Assembly (NCBI GenBank): GCA_021792255.1
Contig: JAJYUZ010000002.1
Span: 1 to 64,000 of the forward strand
DNA: 64,000 nucleotides
Direction: 5' to 3'
Source of the DNA: Thermoplasmata archaeon
GTDB lineage: Archaea; Thermoplasmatota; Thermoplasmata; Thermoplasmatales; GCA-001856825
The notes under the pieces were generated by a model. It did not search any database. It was not told where the DNA came from and saw nothing but the letters and a program-made list of their open reading frames with translations. The stretch's first letter is position 1; every line of letters begins with the position of its first letter. Positions 28,350-36,473 of this stretch are shown one piece after another. The position numbers were made by a program, and so were the translations under genes.

Positions 28350-28977
28350 CTTCTGGAACTACGTCGTCTGCCTTGTACTCGTTCACCCGTCCATTTCTGA
28401 AAACCACCAGGGTCTTGTCTTCGATCTCGAACCACTTACCGCCCATTTCTTCAGTAGAAACGGTGAACCTTTCTTCTTCCATCCTGTAAAACAGAGAGAA
28501 ATAACCCGGATCCTTTCTGACTTCCCTATAGGCAGCTGCATAATTTCCGTCCGTTATGATGAAGTTGATGCTAGTGAAGTTCATTTCCCGAATTTTGGTT
28601 ATTGCAGCAGGGAATCCTTTCAGGATTAGCTTGAAATAATGGTAGCTATCGCTCTTACCCTTCTTTCCCAGTCCCTTGATCGTTCCGTTATGCGAGAAAG
28701 AAATATTGTCAGCAAGGAACGGTTGGGTGTTGATCAAGGATATTCCAGACGAGCTCTTTTTCCTTGCGTGAGCCACGAGGGTCGTTCCATAAACTCCATC
28801 CACCTTCCTGATCGGTTCGATGCTCTTGAAAGCCTTTATCTCGTTCTGGGAGTACAGGACGTATCCAAAACCATCGTGGTGAGGCGAGTGCTTGCCCTCG
28901 TTAGCCATGTTGTAAAGGAAATCCATGTATTGAGTCAAATTGGAGTATTTTCCTATGGACAAGAGCATCCTGCACAT
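28342..28977 (-). CDS. Class II glutamine amidotransferase (YafJ-like)
   Basis: N-terminal MCRM, HHDGFG, AHARK, NTQPF, HNGT and SDS motifs. Confidence 0.88.
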   Translation of the reverse strand: MCRMLLSIGKYSNLTQYMDFLYNMANEGKHSPHHDGFGYVLYSQNEIKAFKSIEPIRKVDGVYGTTLVAHARKKSSSGISLINTQPFLADNISFSHNGTIKGLGKKGKSDSYHYFKLILKGFPAAITKIREMNFTSINFIITDGNYAAAYREVRKDPGYFSLFYRMEEERFTVSTEEMGGKWFEIEDKTLVVFRNGRVNEYKADDVVPEVI

Positions 28978-29148
28978 GGTTTTGAATCAACAACGGGCTA
29001 AAAACAATTCTGTTCTGAGAAGAGACGATGTACATAGCTAATGGAGAGTCGAAAAAACGAATCACAGAACTGGTCGTAAAGAGCTCCGAACGAAGCACAA
29101 GTTATTGTTTCGCATAACATTTTATAATTTACATTCATAAACGAGACA

Positions 29149-30180
29149 ATGAATAAAGTCGATCCTGGGTTTGCCAAAGAAATAGCGGAGATAAGGGCCT
29201 CGGTTAAGAGAAGTGACCGGTTCGACTACGTCACCACTTATACTGAAAGGGAATTTTTCAAAGGCAAAACGACGATCGAACGGGTTCTGATACTCAGGAC
29301 GAGGGGATGCAGCTGGAGCTATCATTCCGGATGCTCTATGTGTGGATACTGGGACGACACAAACCCCGATATCGGGAAGGAGGAACTGAAAAAGCAGGTA
29401 GAATCCTTCCTCAAAGATTTCCCAAACGGAGAAGTTCTGAAGATATTCACATCAGGCTCGTTTTTTGACCCGATAGAAATTGATTCTGCTCTCCAGTTTG
29501 AAATCATAGAGATGGTGCTCAGAGGGTATGGTAACATCATAGTCGAAAGTAGACCAGAGTATATCGGTAAGGTGATAGGCGAACTCAAGAGATTCGCAGG
29601 AAAACTACAGGTTTCAATAGGCCTGGAAAGCACAAACTCCTCTATACTCAAGAACTCGGTCAACAAGAACTACGATTTTGACGATTTCAAAATGGCGGCC
29701 TTAAGGCTCAGAGAAAACGGGATCACAGTGAGGACATACCTTCTCTTAAAACCCCCCTTCATTACGGAAAACGAAGCGATTCTTGACGCCGTCAAGTCCG
29801 CTAAAGATCTTGCACCATACAGCGACTTCATTTCAATCAACCCGATGAATATCCAGAGAGGGACCCTGGTAGAGAGAATGTATAAGCAAGGAAGTTACAG
29901 GCCACCTTGGTTATGGAGTGTTGTGACCGTTCTTCAGTCCCTGAGGGACGTAGGAGTGCCGGTAGTGTCGCTGGTTACCGCTTCGGGGAAAAAGAGAGGT
30001 GCGCACAACGGACACACTTGCGATAGAAATTTCTCAGAAGGTATAAGGAAATTCAGCGAGACCCTCGACTATTCATTTCTGGACGAACTGAAGTGTGAAT
30101 GCGAAGCAAACTGGAAGAACTTTGTGGGAGTGGAAGAAGAAACCGGAGTGGCTATCAGCGAGGTGATTTTAAACGATTAG
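29149..30180 (+). CDS. Archaeosine biosynthesis radical SAM protein RaSEA-like
   Basis: ILRTRGCSW...GCSMCGY, KIFTSGSF, VESRPE, GLES, YLLLKP, YRPPWLWS and RGAHN motifs. Confidence 0.88.
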   Translation: MNKVDPGFAKEIAEIRASVKRSDRFDYVTTYTEREFFKGKTTIERVLILRTRGCSWSYHSGCSMCGYWDDTNPDIGKEELKKQVESFLKDFPNGEVLKIFTSGSFFDPIEIDSALQFEIIEMVLRGYGNIIVESRPEYIGKVIGELKRFAGKLQVSIGLESTNSSILKNSVNKNYDFDDFKMAALRLRENGITVRTYLLLKPPFITENEAILDAVKSAKDLAPYSDFISINPMNIQRGTLVERMYKQGSYRPPWLWSVVTVLQSLRDVGVPVVSLVTASGKKRGAHNGHTCDRNFSEGIRKFSETLDYSFLDELKCECEANWKNFVGVEEETGVAISEVILND

Positions 30181-31528
30181 CGAGGCAGCTGAACTAGTCA
30201 CCAATGCCAAGAAACTGAGAATATTTTCACACCATGATGCTGATGGGATCGCATCGGCCGCCATTGCTGTATTTGTGGCAAGAAGACTGGGTCTTAATTA
30301 TGACGTCACAATAAGAAACCAGCTAACCCCACAAGACGTCCTCGGAGGCCCTGACGTCTACTGGTTTAACGACATGGGCTCGGCTCGGCTAAAAGAAATG
30401 ATGGGAGTCAAGGGGATAGTCACCGACCATCACAATCCGGTAGTATTTGAAACTCACTACACGGAAAATGGAAACGACATCTACCAGTTCAATCCACATT
30501 TAGAAGGGCTCGATGGAAGCATTTCACAGTCGGGGTCTACCACCACTTTCTTGTTTTCGGCAAACATTCTTCCCGAAGTTTCTGCGGTCTCTCACCTGCC
30601 AATAGTTGGATCAGTAGGGGATTTGCACGATAAGAAATTTGGACGACTGGTTGACACGGACAGGGAGATTATGCTACTTGCAAAGAATATGGGGATTATC
30701 GAAACAAAAGAAGACATAAGGTACTTTGGCAGAAGCTCCAAGTCAGTATCCTACATGCTGAGATTTGGGAACGATCCAAAGATAAGGTCACTCTACGATA
30801 ACCCTGGATCAGTTGCGGATTTCTTGGTCAACCATGGATTTGATAGGAGAGCCCTTAAAACGATCAGATGGCTCGACTTGGATGATCTGAAAAGGGAAGA
30901 ATTGATCTCAGATCTCAAAAGTCTGCTAGAAAGAGAGGGACAGGATTCCAGTCGCCTCATCGGAGAAGTCTACGAACTAAAGAGCGAACCAAAGTCTTCC
31001 ACTGTTAAAGACGTCAGAGACTTTTCGTCCCTTGTAAATGCAACTTCAAGGAAAGGCAAGCCAGACGTTGGAATCAGGCTGTGTCTCTTTGAAAGAGGCG
31101 ATACCATGACAGAAGCTCTTCAGCTCTATAATGATCACCTCGAATCTCTGCGAAGGGCATCAAAAATTCTGGAAGGAGTAGAAGGGAAATCAGTTGGTAA
31201 TGTTCTTTACTATGATTTTGGGGGAAATCTAGAAAACAACATCACGGGAACCGTAGCCACCAGAATAATAACACACCAGAAAGTTCCACCTTCATCGGTA
31301 ATCCTGGTTATGGCAAACCTTGGATCTTCGAAGAAGATATCTGCCAGGATCTCCCTTGCACTTTCGGAAAGAGTCGATCTCTCACTGCTTTTCAGGCAGG
31401 CCGCCAACAGCCTTGGCGGTTCTGGCGGAGGACACAGAAATGCGGCTGGAGCAATTGTTCCTATAGGTAAAGAGAGGGAGTTCGTCGAAAAAGTCAACGA
31501 ACTCATGAAGAATTTGTTATCTACCTGA
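30173..31528 (+). CDS. DHH/DHHA1 phosphoesterase, RecJ/GAN (Cdc45)-like; start probably non-canonical
   Basis: In-frame IFSHHDADG lies upstream of the tracked GTG 30275; also DMG, TDHH, GSVGD and GGGHRNAAGA. The frame opens after TAA 30170-30172 at ACG/ATT, just downstream of SD GAGGTGA. Confidence 0.85.
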   Translation, partial: TISEAAELVTNAKKLRIFSHHDADGIASAAIAVFVARRLGLNYDVTIRNQLTPQDVLGGPDVYWFNDMGSARLKEMMGVKGIVTDHHNPVVFETHYTENGNDIYQFNPHLEGLDGSISQSGSTTTFLFSANILPEVSAVSHLPIVGSVGDLHDKKFGRLVDTDREIMLLAKNMGIIETKEDIRYFGRSSKSVSYMLRFGNDPKIRSLYDNPGSVADFLVNHGFDRRALKTIRWLDLDDLKREELISDLKSLLEREGQDSSRLIGEVYELKSEPKSSTVKDVRDFSSLVNATSRKGKPDVGIRLCLFERGDTMTEALQLYNDHLESLRRASKILEGVEGKSVGNVLYYDFGGNLENNITGTVATRIITHQKVPPSSVILVMANLGSSKKISARISLALSERVDLSLLFRQAANSLGGSGGGHRNAAGAIVPIGKEREFVEKVNELMKNLLST

Positions 31529-33068
31529 CTATGGTCTGGGCCTGCTCCCTCAAGAACTGCTGAAGGTAATAAAAGGAACCCGTTCCCTTGCCAGAAGTTC
31601 CGCTCATTTTCCACCCGACAAACGGCTGTGAAGCGACCATCGCTCCTGTGGATCCGCCTCTCCTCCTATTGGCATAAATAACTCCCACGTCCACGTTGTC
31701 GAAATAATACTCTATTTCCTTTTTGTCCTCTGAGAATATTCCGCCCGTGAGCCCGTACTCCATGGTGTTCACAAACTCAATACCCTCCTTTAGGGACTTG
31801 ATTGGTTTAATCGCTAATATAGGTAGGAAGAGTTCCTCTCTCTCTATTTTTGGGTCCCCGACGTTATCAAGAATGGTATTCTCCACGTAGTATCCATCTC
31901 TAGGAATCCTCTTCCCTCCGAGCAATATCTTGTCCTTGGGAATCGTTTCCACTATTCTCTGGAATTTCTCATATGCTTCCTTGTTTATCACCGGTCCAGC
32001 AAAAGTCTCTTTCTTTCTGGGGTCGTCTATTGAGAGTCTGGAACTGAACGCAGCCAGCTTCTTCTTGAAGGAGTCGTATAGCTTTTCGTCTATCAGAGCA
32101 ACGCTGCAGGCAGAGCATTTCTGACCATTGTAGCCGAACGCAGACCTGGCTACTCCTTCCACCGCTTTGTCGATATCACACTTGTCCGTCACGATGACGG
32201 TATCCTTACCTCCCATCTCGGTAATTGCAACCTTGGGCCTCTTCTCCTGTGATTCTTTGTAAATTTTTGTTCCAATATCTCGGCTACCGGTAAAGACGAC
32301 TCCATCGATCCCGTCATCCGTGTAAAGTGTCCTTCCGACCCGCCCTCCAGAACCCGAAAGGTAGATCAGATTAGTCTTAGGAACCCCTGCTCTGTGCATA
32401 AGTTCCACGAACTTGAAAGACGAGAGCGGAATATCTGATGACGGTTTCAGTATCACACTGTTCCCCACCAGAAGGGGACCACTGACCATTCCGACGGTTA
32501 TAGAGAAGAAGTTGAACGGTGCGACAACGAGGAACACTCCGTACGGTTTCATGACGCTCTTGGAGTCCTCTCCGTAGTATGCAGTTCCAGTGAACCTGGC
32601 GTATCCCTGATTTTCTATAAGATTCAGTGCATAATATCTCATGAAATCGATAGCTTCGTCCACATCACCCATGGCCTCGTAACGGTTCTTTCCATTCTCA
32701 TAGCTCAGAATTGCAGAAAAGTCAAATTTCTCCTCCGAGAGTATTTCTGCTGCTTTCAAGAATATCTCCGCTCTTGCGATGTATCCCTTGAAATACCATT
32801 CCCTGTAGTGATCCCTTGCGATACCTACTGCCTTCTGGGACGTTTCTTTAGTCGACATCTGGAATTTTCCAACTTGAGTCTTTCCATCTACAGGAGAGAT
32901 ATGTGTAAGTTTCTCCTGTTCTACTATTTCTCCATCCACCAGATTTGGGTACTCCTTATCAAAGAGTTCTGTCACTCTCTCCAGGCTTTCTTCGAACTTC
33001 TTATGAAATAGATCCTCTTCTTTCTTTTCGACCATTTTGATATAGGTATTTTCATTGTCAAATGGCAT
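31521..33068 (-). CDS. Aldehyde dehydrogenase, 1-pyrroline-5-carboxylate dehydrogenase-like
   Basis: PFDNE N-terminus, EAIDFMRYY, FTGS, EMGGKD, AFGYNGQKCSACS, YGLTGG, and QPFVGWKMSG...YYLQQF. Confidence 0.88.
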   Translation of the reverse strand: MPFDNENTYIKMVEKKEEDLFHKKFEESLERVTELFDKEYPNLVDGEIVEQEKLTHISPVDGKTQVGKFQMSTKETSQKAVGIARDHYREWYFKGYIARAEIFLKAAEILSEEKFDFSAILSYENGKNRYEAMGDVDEAIDFMRYYALNLIENQGYARFTGTAYYGEDSKSVMKPYGVFLVVAPFNFFSITVGMVSGPLLVGNSVILKPSSDIPLSSFKFVELMHRAGVPKTNLIYLSGSGGRVGRTLYTDDGIDGVVFTGSRDIGTKIYKESQEKRPKVAITEMGGKDTVIVTDKCDIDKAVEGVARSAFGYNGQKCSACSVALIDEKLYDSFKKKLAAFSSRLSIDDPRKKETFAGPVINKEAYEKFQRIVETIPKDKILLGGKRIPRDGYYVENTILDNVGDPKIEREELFLPILAIKPIKSLKEGIEFVNTMEYGLTGGIFSEDKKEIEYYFDNVDVGVIYANRRRGGSTGAMVASQPFVGWKMSGTSGKGTGSFYYLQQFLREQAQTIVR

Positions 33069-33145
33069 AATCCTAAATAAAACTCGAACTATTAATAATG
33101 TTCAACGGGTGCATATTCATGGGCTTTCTTGGCGATGAAGTGTCA

Positions 33146-33397
33146 TCATGGCAGTGTCTTCTTCAATAGCTTGTAAAGTCCTATCCACTCGTAACCTCTG
33201 TCGGTCAGTTTGTACTCTATCCCCTCTATACCTTCAGTTTTGAGCAACAAACCAAATTTCTCCAGATCTTTAACGATTCCTTTCCCTCTGTCAACTGGAA
33301 CATTTCCCGCGGCGCACAATTCTGTTATCTTTCTAGGCTCTATAACGAGCTCTTTCAGCATATCATTGAGGATATCGTGCCGGCACCTATTCATCAA
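33146..33397 (-). CDS. Small winged-HTH regulator (COG3432-like)
   Basis: RCRHDILNDML...KITEL...NV...LEKFGLL...YKLTDRG pattern. Confidence 0.75.
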   Translation of the reverse strand: MMNRCRHDILNDMLKELVIEPRKITELCAAGNVPVDRGKGIVKDLEKFGLLLKTEGIEGIEYKLTDRGYEWIGLYKLLKKTLP

Positions 33398-33445
33398 CTA
33401 ACAAGTTGTGAGTCATACTTATAAATATCTACCAGATCAAGTGTC

Positions 33446-34087
33446 ATGCAAGAGATAGAGGAACTCTCAATAGGTGGCTCTCTTAGGCTCACGGGGCCTG
33501 TGAAGTTCAAGAGAATAGACCTTTCGGGGTCGCTGAATATTGAGGGAAGCGCCGAAGGGAGGAGCCTTGAGATAAGCGGATCCGGAAAGATAACTGGACA
33601 GACAAAAGTGGAATCAATCGAAGTCAGGGGGAGTCTAAAAATTGGCGAGTCATGCGAATGCGAAGATCTCGAGATTAGTGGGGCGGCAGAAGTTGCGGGA
33701 ACACTCAAATGCGGAAAACTGGAAGTTGCGGGGAAGCTAGAAGCTCAGAGCATAGATGCCAGGAAGATCGGCATAGCTGGGAAAATGAGTGGAAAGGAAA
33801 TCCGAGCTTTAGAAATTAATGTAGAAAAAGAATCTAGAATCAGAGGAACCATAGTCTGCGGAACTATAAACATCGAAAAGGGAGCAGAGGTCGAGGACGT
33901 CTATGCCGACAAGATTGACCTGGAGAAAGATACCGAATGCGGGGTTATCGAATGCAACGAAATCACAGTCGAAAGGTATTCGGACATTAAAGAATTGAGA
34001 TACGTAAGATCAGCAAATATTTCTCCAAAGGCAAGCGTGGGTAAGATAACCAAGATCGAAAGAATTTCCAGAGAATTACCAAACTGA
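33446..34087 (+). CDS. Bactofilin-like (polymer-forming cytoskeletal) beta-helix protein
   Basis: Tandem [LI]-x-[IV]-x-G-x-[LA]-x-[IV]-x-G repeats (LSIGGSLRLTG, IDLSGSLNIEG, LEISGSGKITG, IEVRGSLKIG, LEISGAAEVAG); no signal peptide. Confidence 0.65.
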   Translation: MQEIEELSIGGSLRLTGPVKFKRIDLSGSLNIEGSAEGRSLEISGSGKITGQTKVESIEVRGSLKIGESCECEDLEISGAAEVAGTLKCGKLEVAGKLEAQSIDARKIGIAGKMSGKEIRALEINVEKESRIRGTIVCGTINIEKGAEVEDVYADKIDLEKDTECGVIECNEITVERYSDIKELRYVRSANISPKASVGKITKIERISRELPN

Positions 34088-34129
34088 TCTCAACGTGACC
34101 GGACTTAATGAATTCAAAAGGTTGAAGGA

Positions 34130-35392
34130 ATGTCGAAGCTAGACGTAATCCCCGGAGACGTCCAGATTAAAAAATCGAAAGGGACTCCTTTAGGCGGGGG
34201 ATTTGGAAATCTATTCGTCTCAACGACGGTAGCTTCCTTTGGAGGGTCAGTTTCGGCTGTAGCTGTAAGTTGGATTGTCTATTATTTTACCCACAACGCT
34301 CTTTACATCTCGTATCTAGGGATGGCTGGAATCGTCCCAGGTATTGTGTTGGGGTTATTTGCCGGAGTCATAGCGGATAGATATGATAAGAAATTATTGA
34401 TGGTCGCCTCGGACGTAGTCAGGGCAATTTCTATGGCACTCCTTGCACTATTCCTTTACTTTGTAGGATTCTCGTTCCCCCTGATACTTGCAGTAATGGT
34501 GATCGTGTATTCATTCACAACCTTTTTTCAGCCCGCAAGCCAAGCCATACTTCCCATGTTGATCAACAAGGAAGGTCTGGAAAATGCTAACGGGAAGCTG
34601 CAAGGCTCTTTCAGCGTCTTTCAATCAATTGGATCTGCTGCTGGAGGGTTGATTGTAGCTTATTTTGGCGCAGTCTATGGGCTGGGTATAAACTCAATGA
34701 CCTACGCAGTTTCTGCAATATTCCTGTTTCAAATTGCAGGAGAGTTCAAGAATAGAACCACAAAAGAGCAATCGAAACAGAGCTCATTTTCCAATGACCT
34801 CAGAGATGGAATGCGATTCATGAGGGAGCACCTGTCGATACTCGAGGGCACGCTAGGAGGACTCCCCGCGAACTTCTTCGGAAGTCTCTTCTACCCTTTT
34901 TTTGTGGTCTACGCATCCGACAGGTTCGGTGCCAATTCCTCTTCTTATGGGTACCTTGTCGCGGCAATAGGAGGCGGCATGGCTTTTGGGGCTATCCTTG
35001 TCGGTCGAATCAATGCTAGCAGGAATGCTGGGCCCCTGATATCACTTGCGATCCTAGTTGCAGGTGCAACGGCTGTTCTCTTTGCTCTGTCAAACTCCCT
35101 ATATCTCTCTCTGGTACTGGGAGCACTAGTCGGAGTGATGTTCGGCCTAATCAATACAACGTACATTTCAACCGTCCAGGCGATAGTGCCAAGAGAATTG
35201 CTTGCAAGGGTGTTGAGCATCGACTCGGTTGGTTCCTTCATTGCGATCCCTGCGGGTTTAGCAGTAGGAGGAGTGCTAATTTCTGTTCATGGGATTGTTT
35301 TCGATTACTTAGTGGCAGGAGTCGGCCTGTTGATAAATGGAGTGGTTCTCCTGTCTTTGAAAGAATTCAGGAAATTCAAATACATCCCTTAA
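34130..35392 (+). CDS. MFS transporter (DHA3/macrolide efflux-like)
   Basis: 12 TMs; GVIADRYDKK, FFQPASQAILP and VPRELLARV motifs. Confidence 0.88.
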   Translation: MSKLDVIPGDVQIKKSKGTPLGGGFGNLFVSTTVASFGGSVSAVAVSWIVYYFTHNALYISYLGMAGIVPGIVLGLFAGVIADRYDKKLLMVASDVVRAISMALLALFLYFVGFSFPLILAVMVIVYSFTTFFQPASQAILPMLINKEGLENANGKLQGSFSVFQSIGSAAGGLIVAYFGAVYGLGINSMTYAVSAIFLFQIAGEFKNRTTKEQSKQSSFSNDLRDGMRFMREHLSILEGTLGGLPANFFGSLFYPFFVVYASDRFGANSSSYGYLVAAIGGGMAFGAILVGRINASRNAGPLISLAILVAGATAVLFALSNSLYLSLVLGALVGVMFGLINTTYISTVQAIVPRELLARVLSIDSVGSFIAIPAGLAVGGVLISVHGIVFDYLVAGVGLLINGVVLLSLKEFRKFKYIP

Positions 35393-35477
35393 TGAGTCAC
35401 TACTAAAAGTTCTTCTTTTCTCTCTTCTCTTTCACCTCTAACTTTTTATTCAGATTCGACATTCGCTAAAGGTCAGT

Positions 35478-36473
35478 GTGAAGTTAAGCCGGCTATATGT
35501 CGACGGGTTAGGTGTGTTTGAGGGGGAATCCATTGGAAAAGACGTCGTTTCTCAGGGAGAGCTTGTTTTCACAACATCACCTTCAGGATATCTCAAATCC
35601 ATTACAGACCCAAGTTACTCTGGACAGATATTGGTCTTCTCTTTTCCATACATCGGTTCGTACGGAATTGATGAGACAGGAGAAAGTGAAAGACCCCGTG
35701 TCAGGGGAGTTGTCATCAATCACGTTCCAGAATTGTTGAAGTCGGAACTGTCAGAATATCTGGAGAAGTGGGGGGTTCCAGGAATCATCACAAAAGAGAC
35801 GAGGAAGATCATAGATTACATCAGAATCAATGGTAACAAGCTTGGGTCTTTTGGGGTAAACGAATTCTCAGATCCCTACAGGTCGAATCTTGTAAAAGAA
35901 ACTTTAGAAATGGCGGATACAAGAGAGGGGAATGTTCTCCTCGTCGACCTAGGTTACAAGAGAAATATTCTGACGCAGTTGAATAACTATCAGGTATCCA
36001 TAGTACCGTACGACAGGTTTCAAATAAAACACATAGCTCGAGTGGATGGAGTCGTCATTTCCAATGGGCCGGGAGATCCTTCATACCCGGGTCTTGCTGA
36101 GTTTGTATCGAAATTGAAAGGGACAATCGAAAAGAAACCCACTCTTGGAATTTGCCTTGGACACCAGCTCATATCTCTTTCTCTGGGGATGAAGACCGAG
36201 AAGATGAAATTCGGACACAGGAGTATCAACCATCCTGTAACGGATTTAGCAACGGGTAAGATAGGAATTACGACACACAACCACGGGTTCGCGGTCGTCT
36301 TTGATGAGTCAAAGGAAGTAAGGGAAAGATATCGTTCTATGAACGACGGCACCAATGAGGGGCTGGAAGGAAAGAACCTCTTGACCTCACAGTTCCATCC
36401 TGAAGGGGGGCCCGGACCAATCGACGAGCTTGGAGTCTTTGAGGAGTTCAGGAGGTTGATGTATGAGCGCTGA
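35478..36473 (+). CDS. carA: Carbamoyl-phosphate synthase small subunit
   Basis: GELVFTT, ITDPSYSGQ, SNGPGDP, LGICLGHQ, HNHGF and QFHPE motifs. Confidence 0.95.
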   Translation: MKLSRLYVDGLGVFEGESIGKDVVSQGELVFTTSPSGYLKSITDPSYSGQILVFSFPYIGSYGIDETGESERPRVRGVVINHVPELLKSELSEYLEKWGVPGIITKETRKIIDYIRINGNKLGSFGVNEFSDPYRSNLVKETLEMADTREGNVLLVDLGYKRNILTQLNNYQVSIVPYDRFQIKHIARVDGVVISNGPGDPSYPGLAEFVSKLKGTIEKKPTLGICLGHQLISLSLGMKTEKMKFGHRSINHPVTDLATGKIGITTHNHGFAVVFDESKEVRERYRSMNDGTNEGLEGKNLLTSQFHPEGGPGPIDELGVFEEFRRLMYER

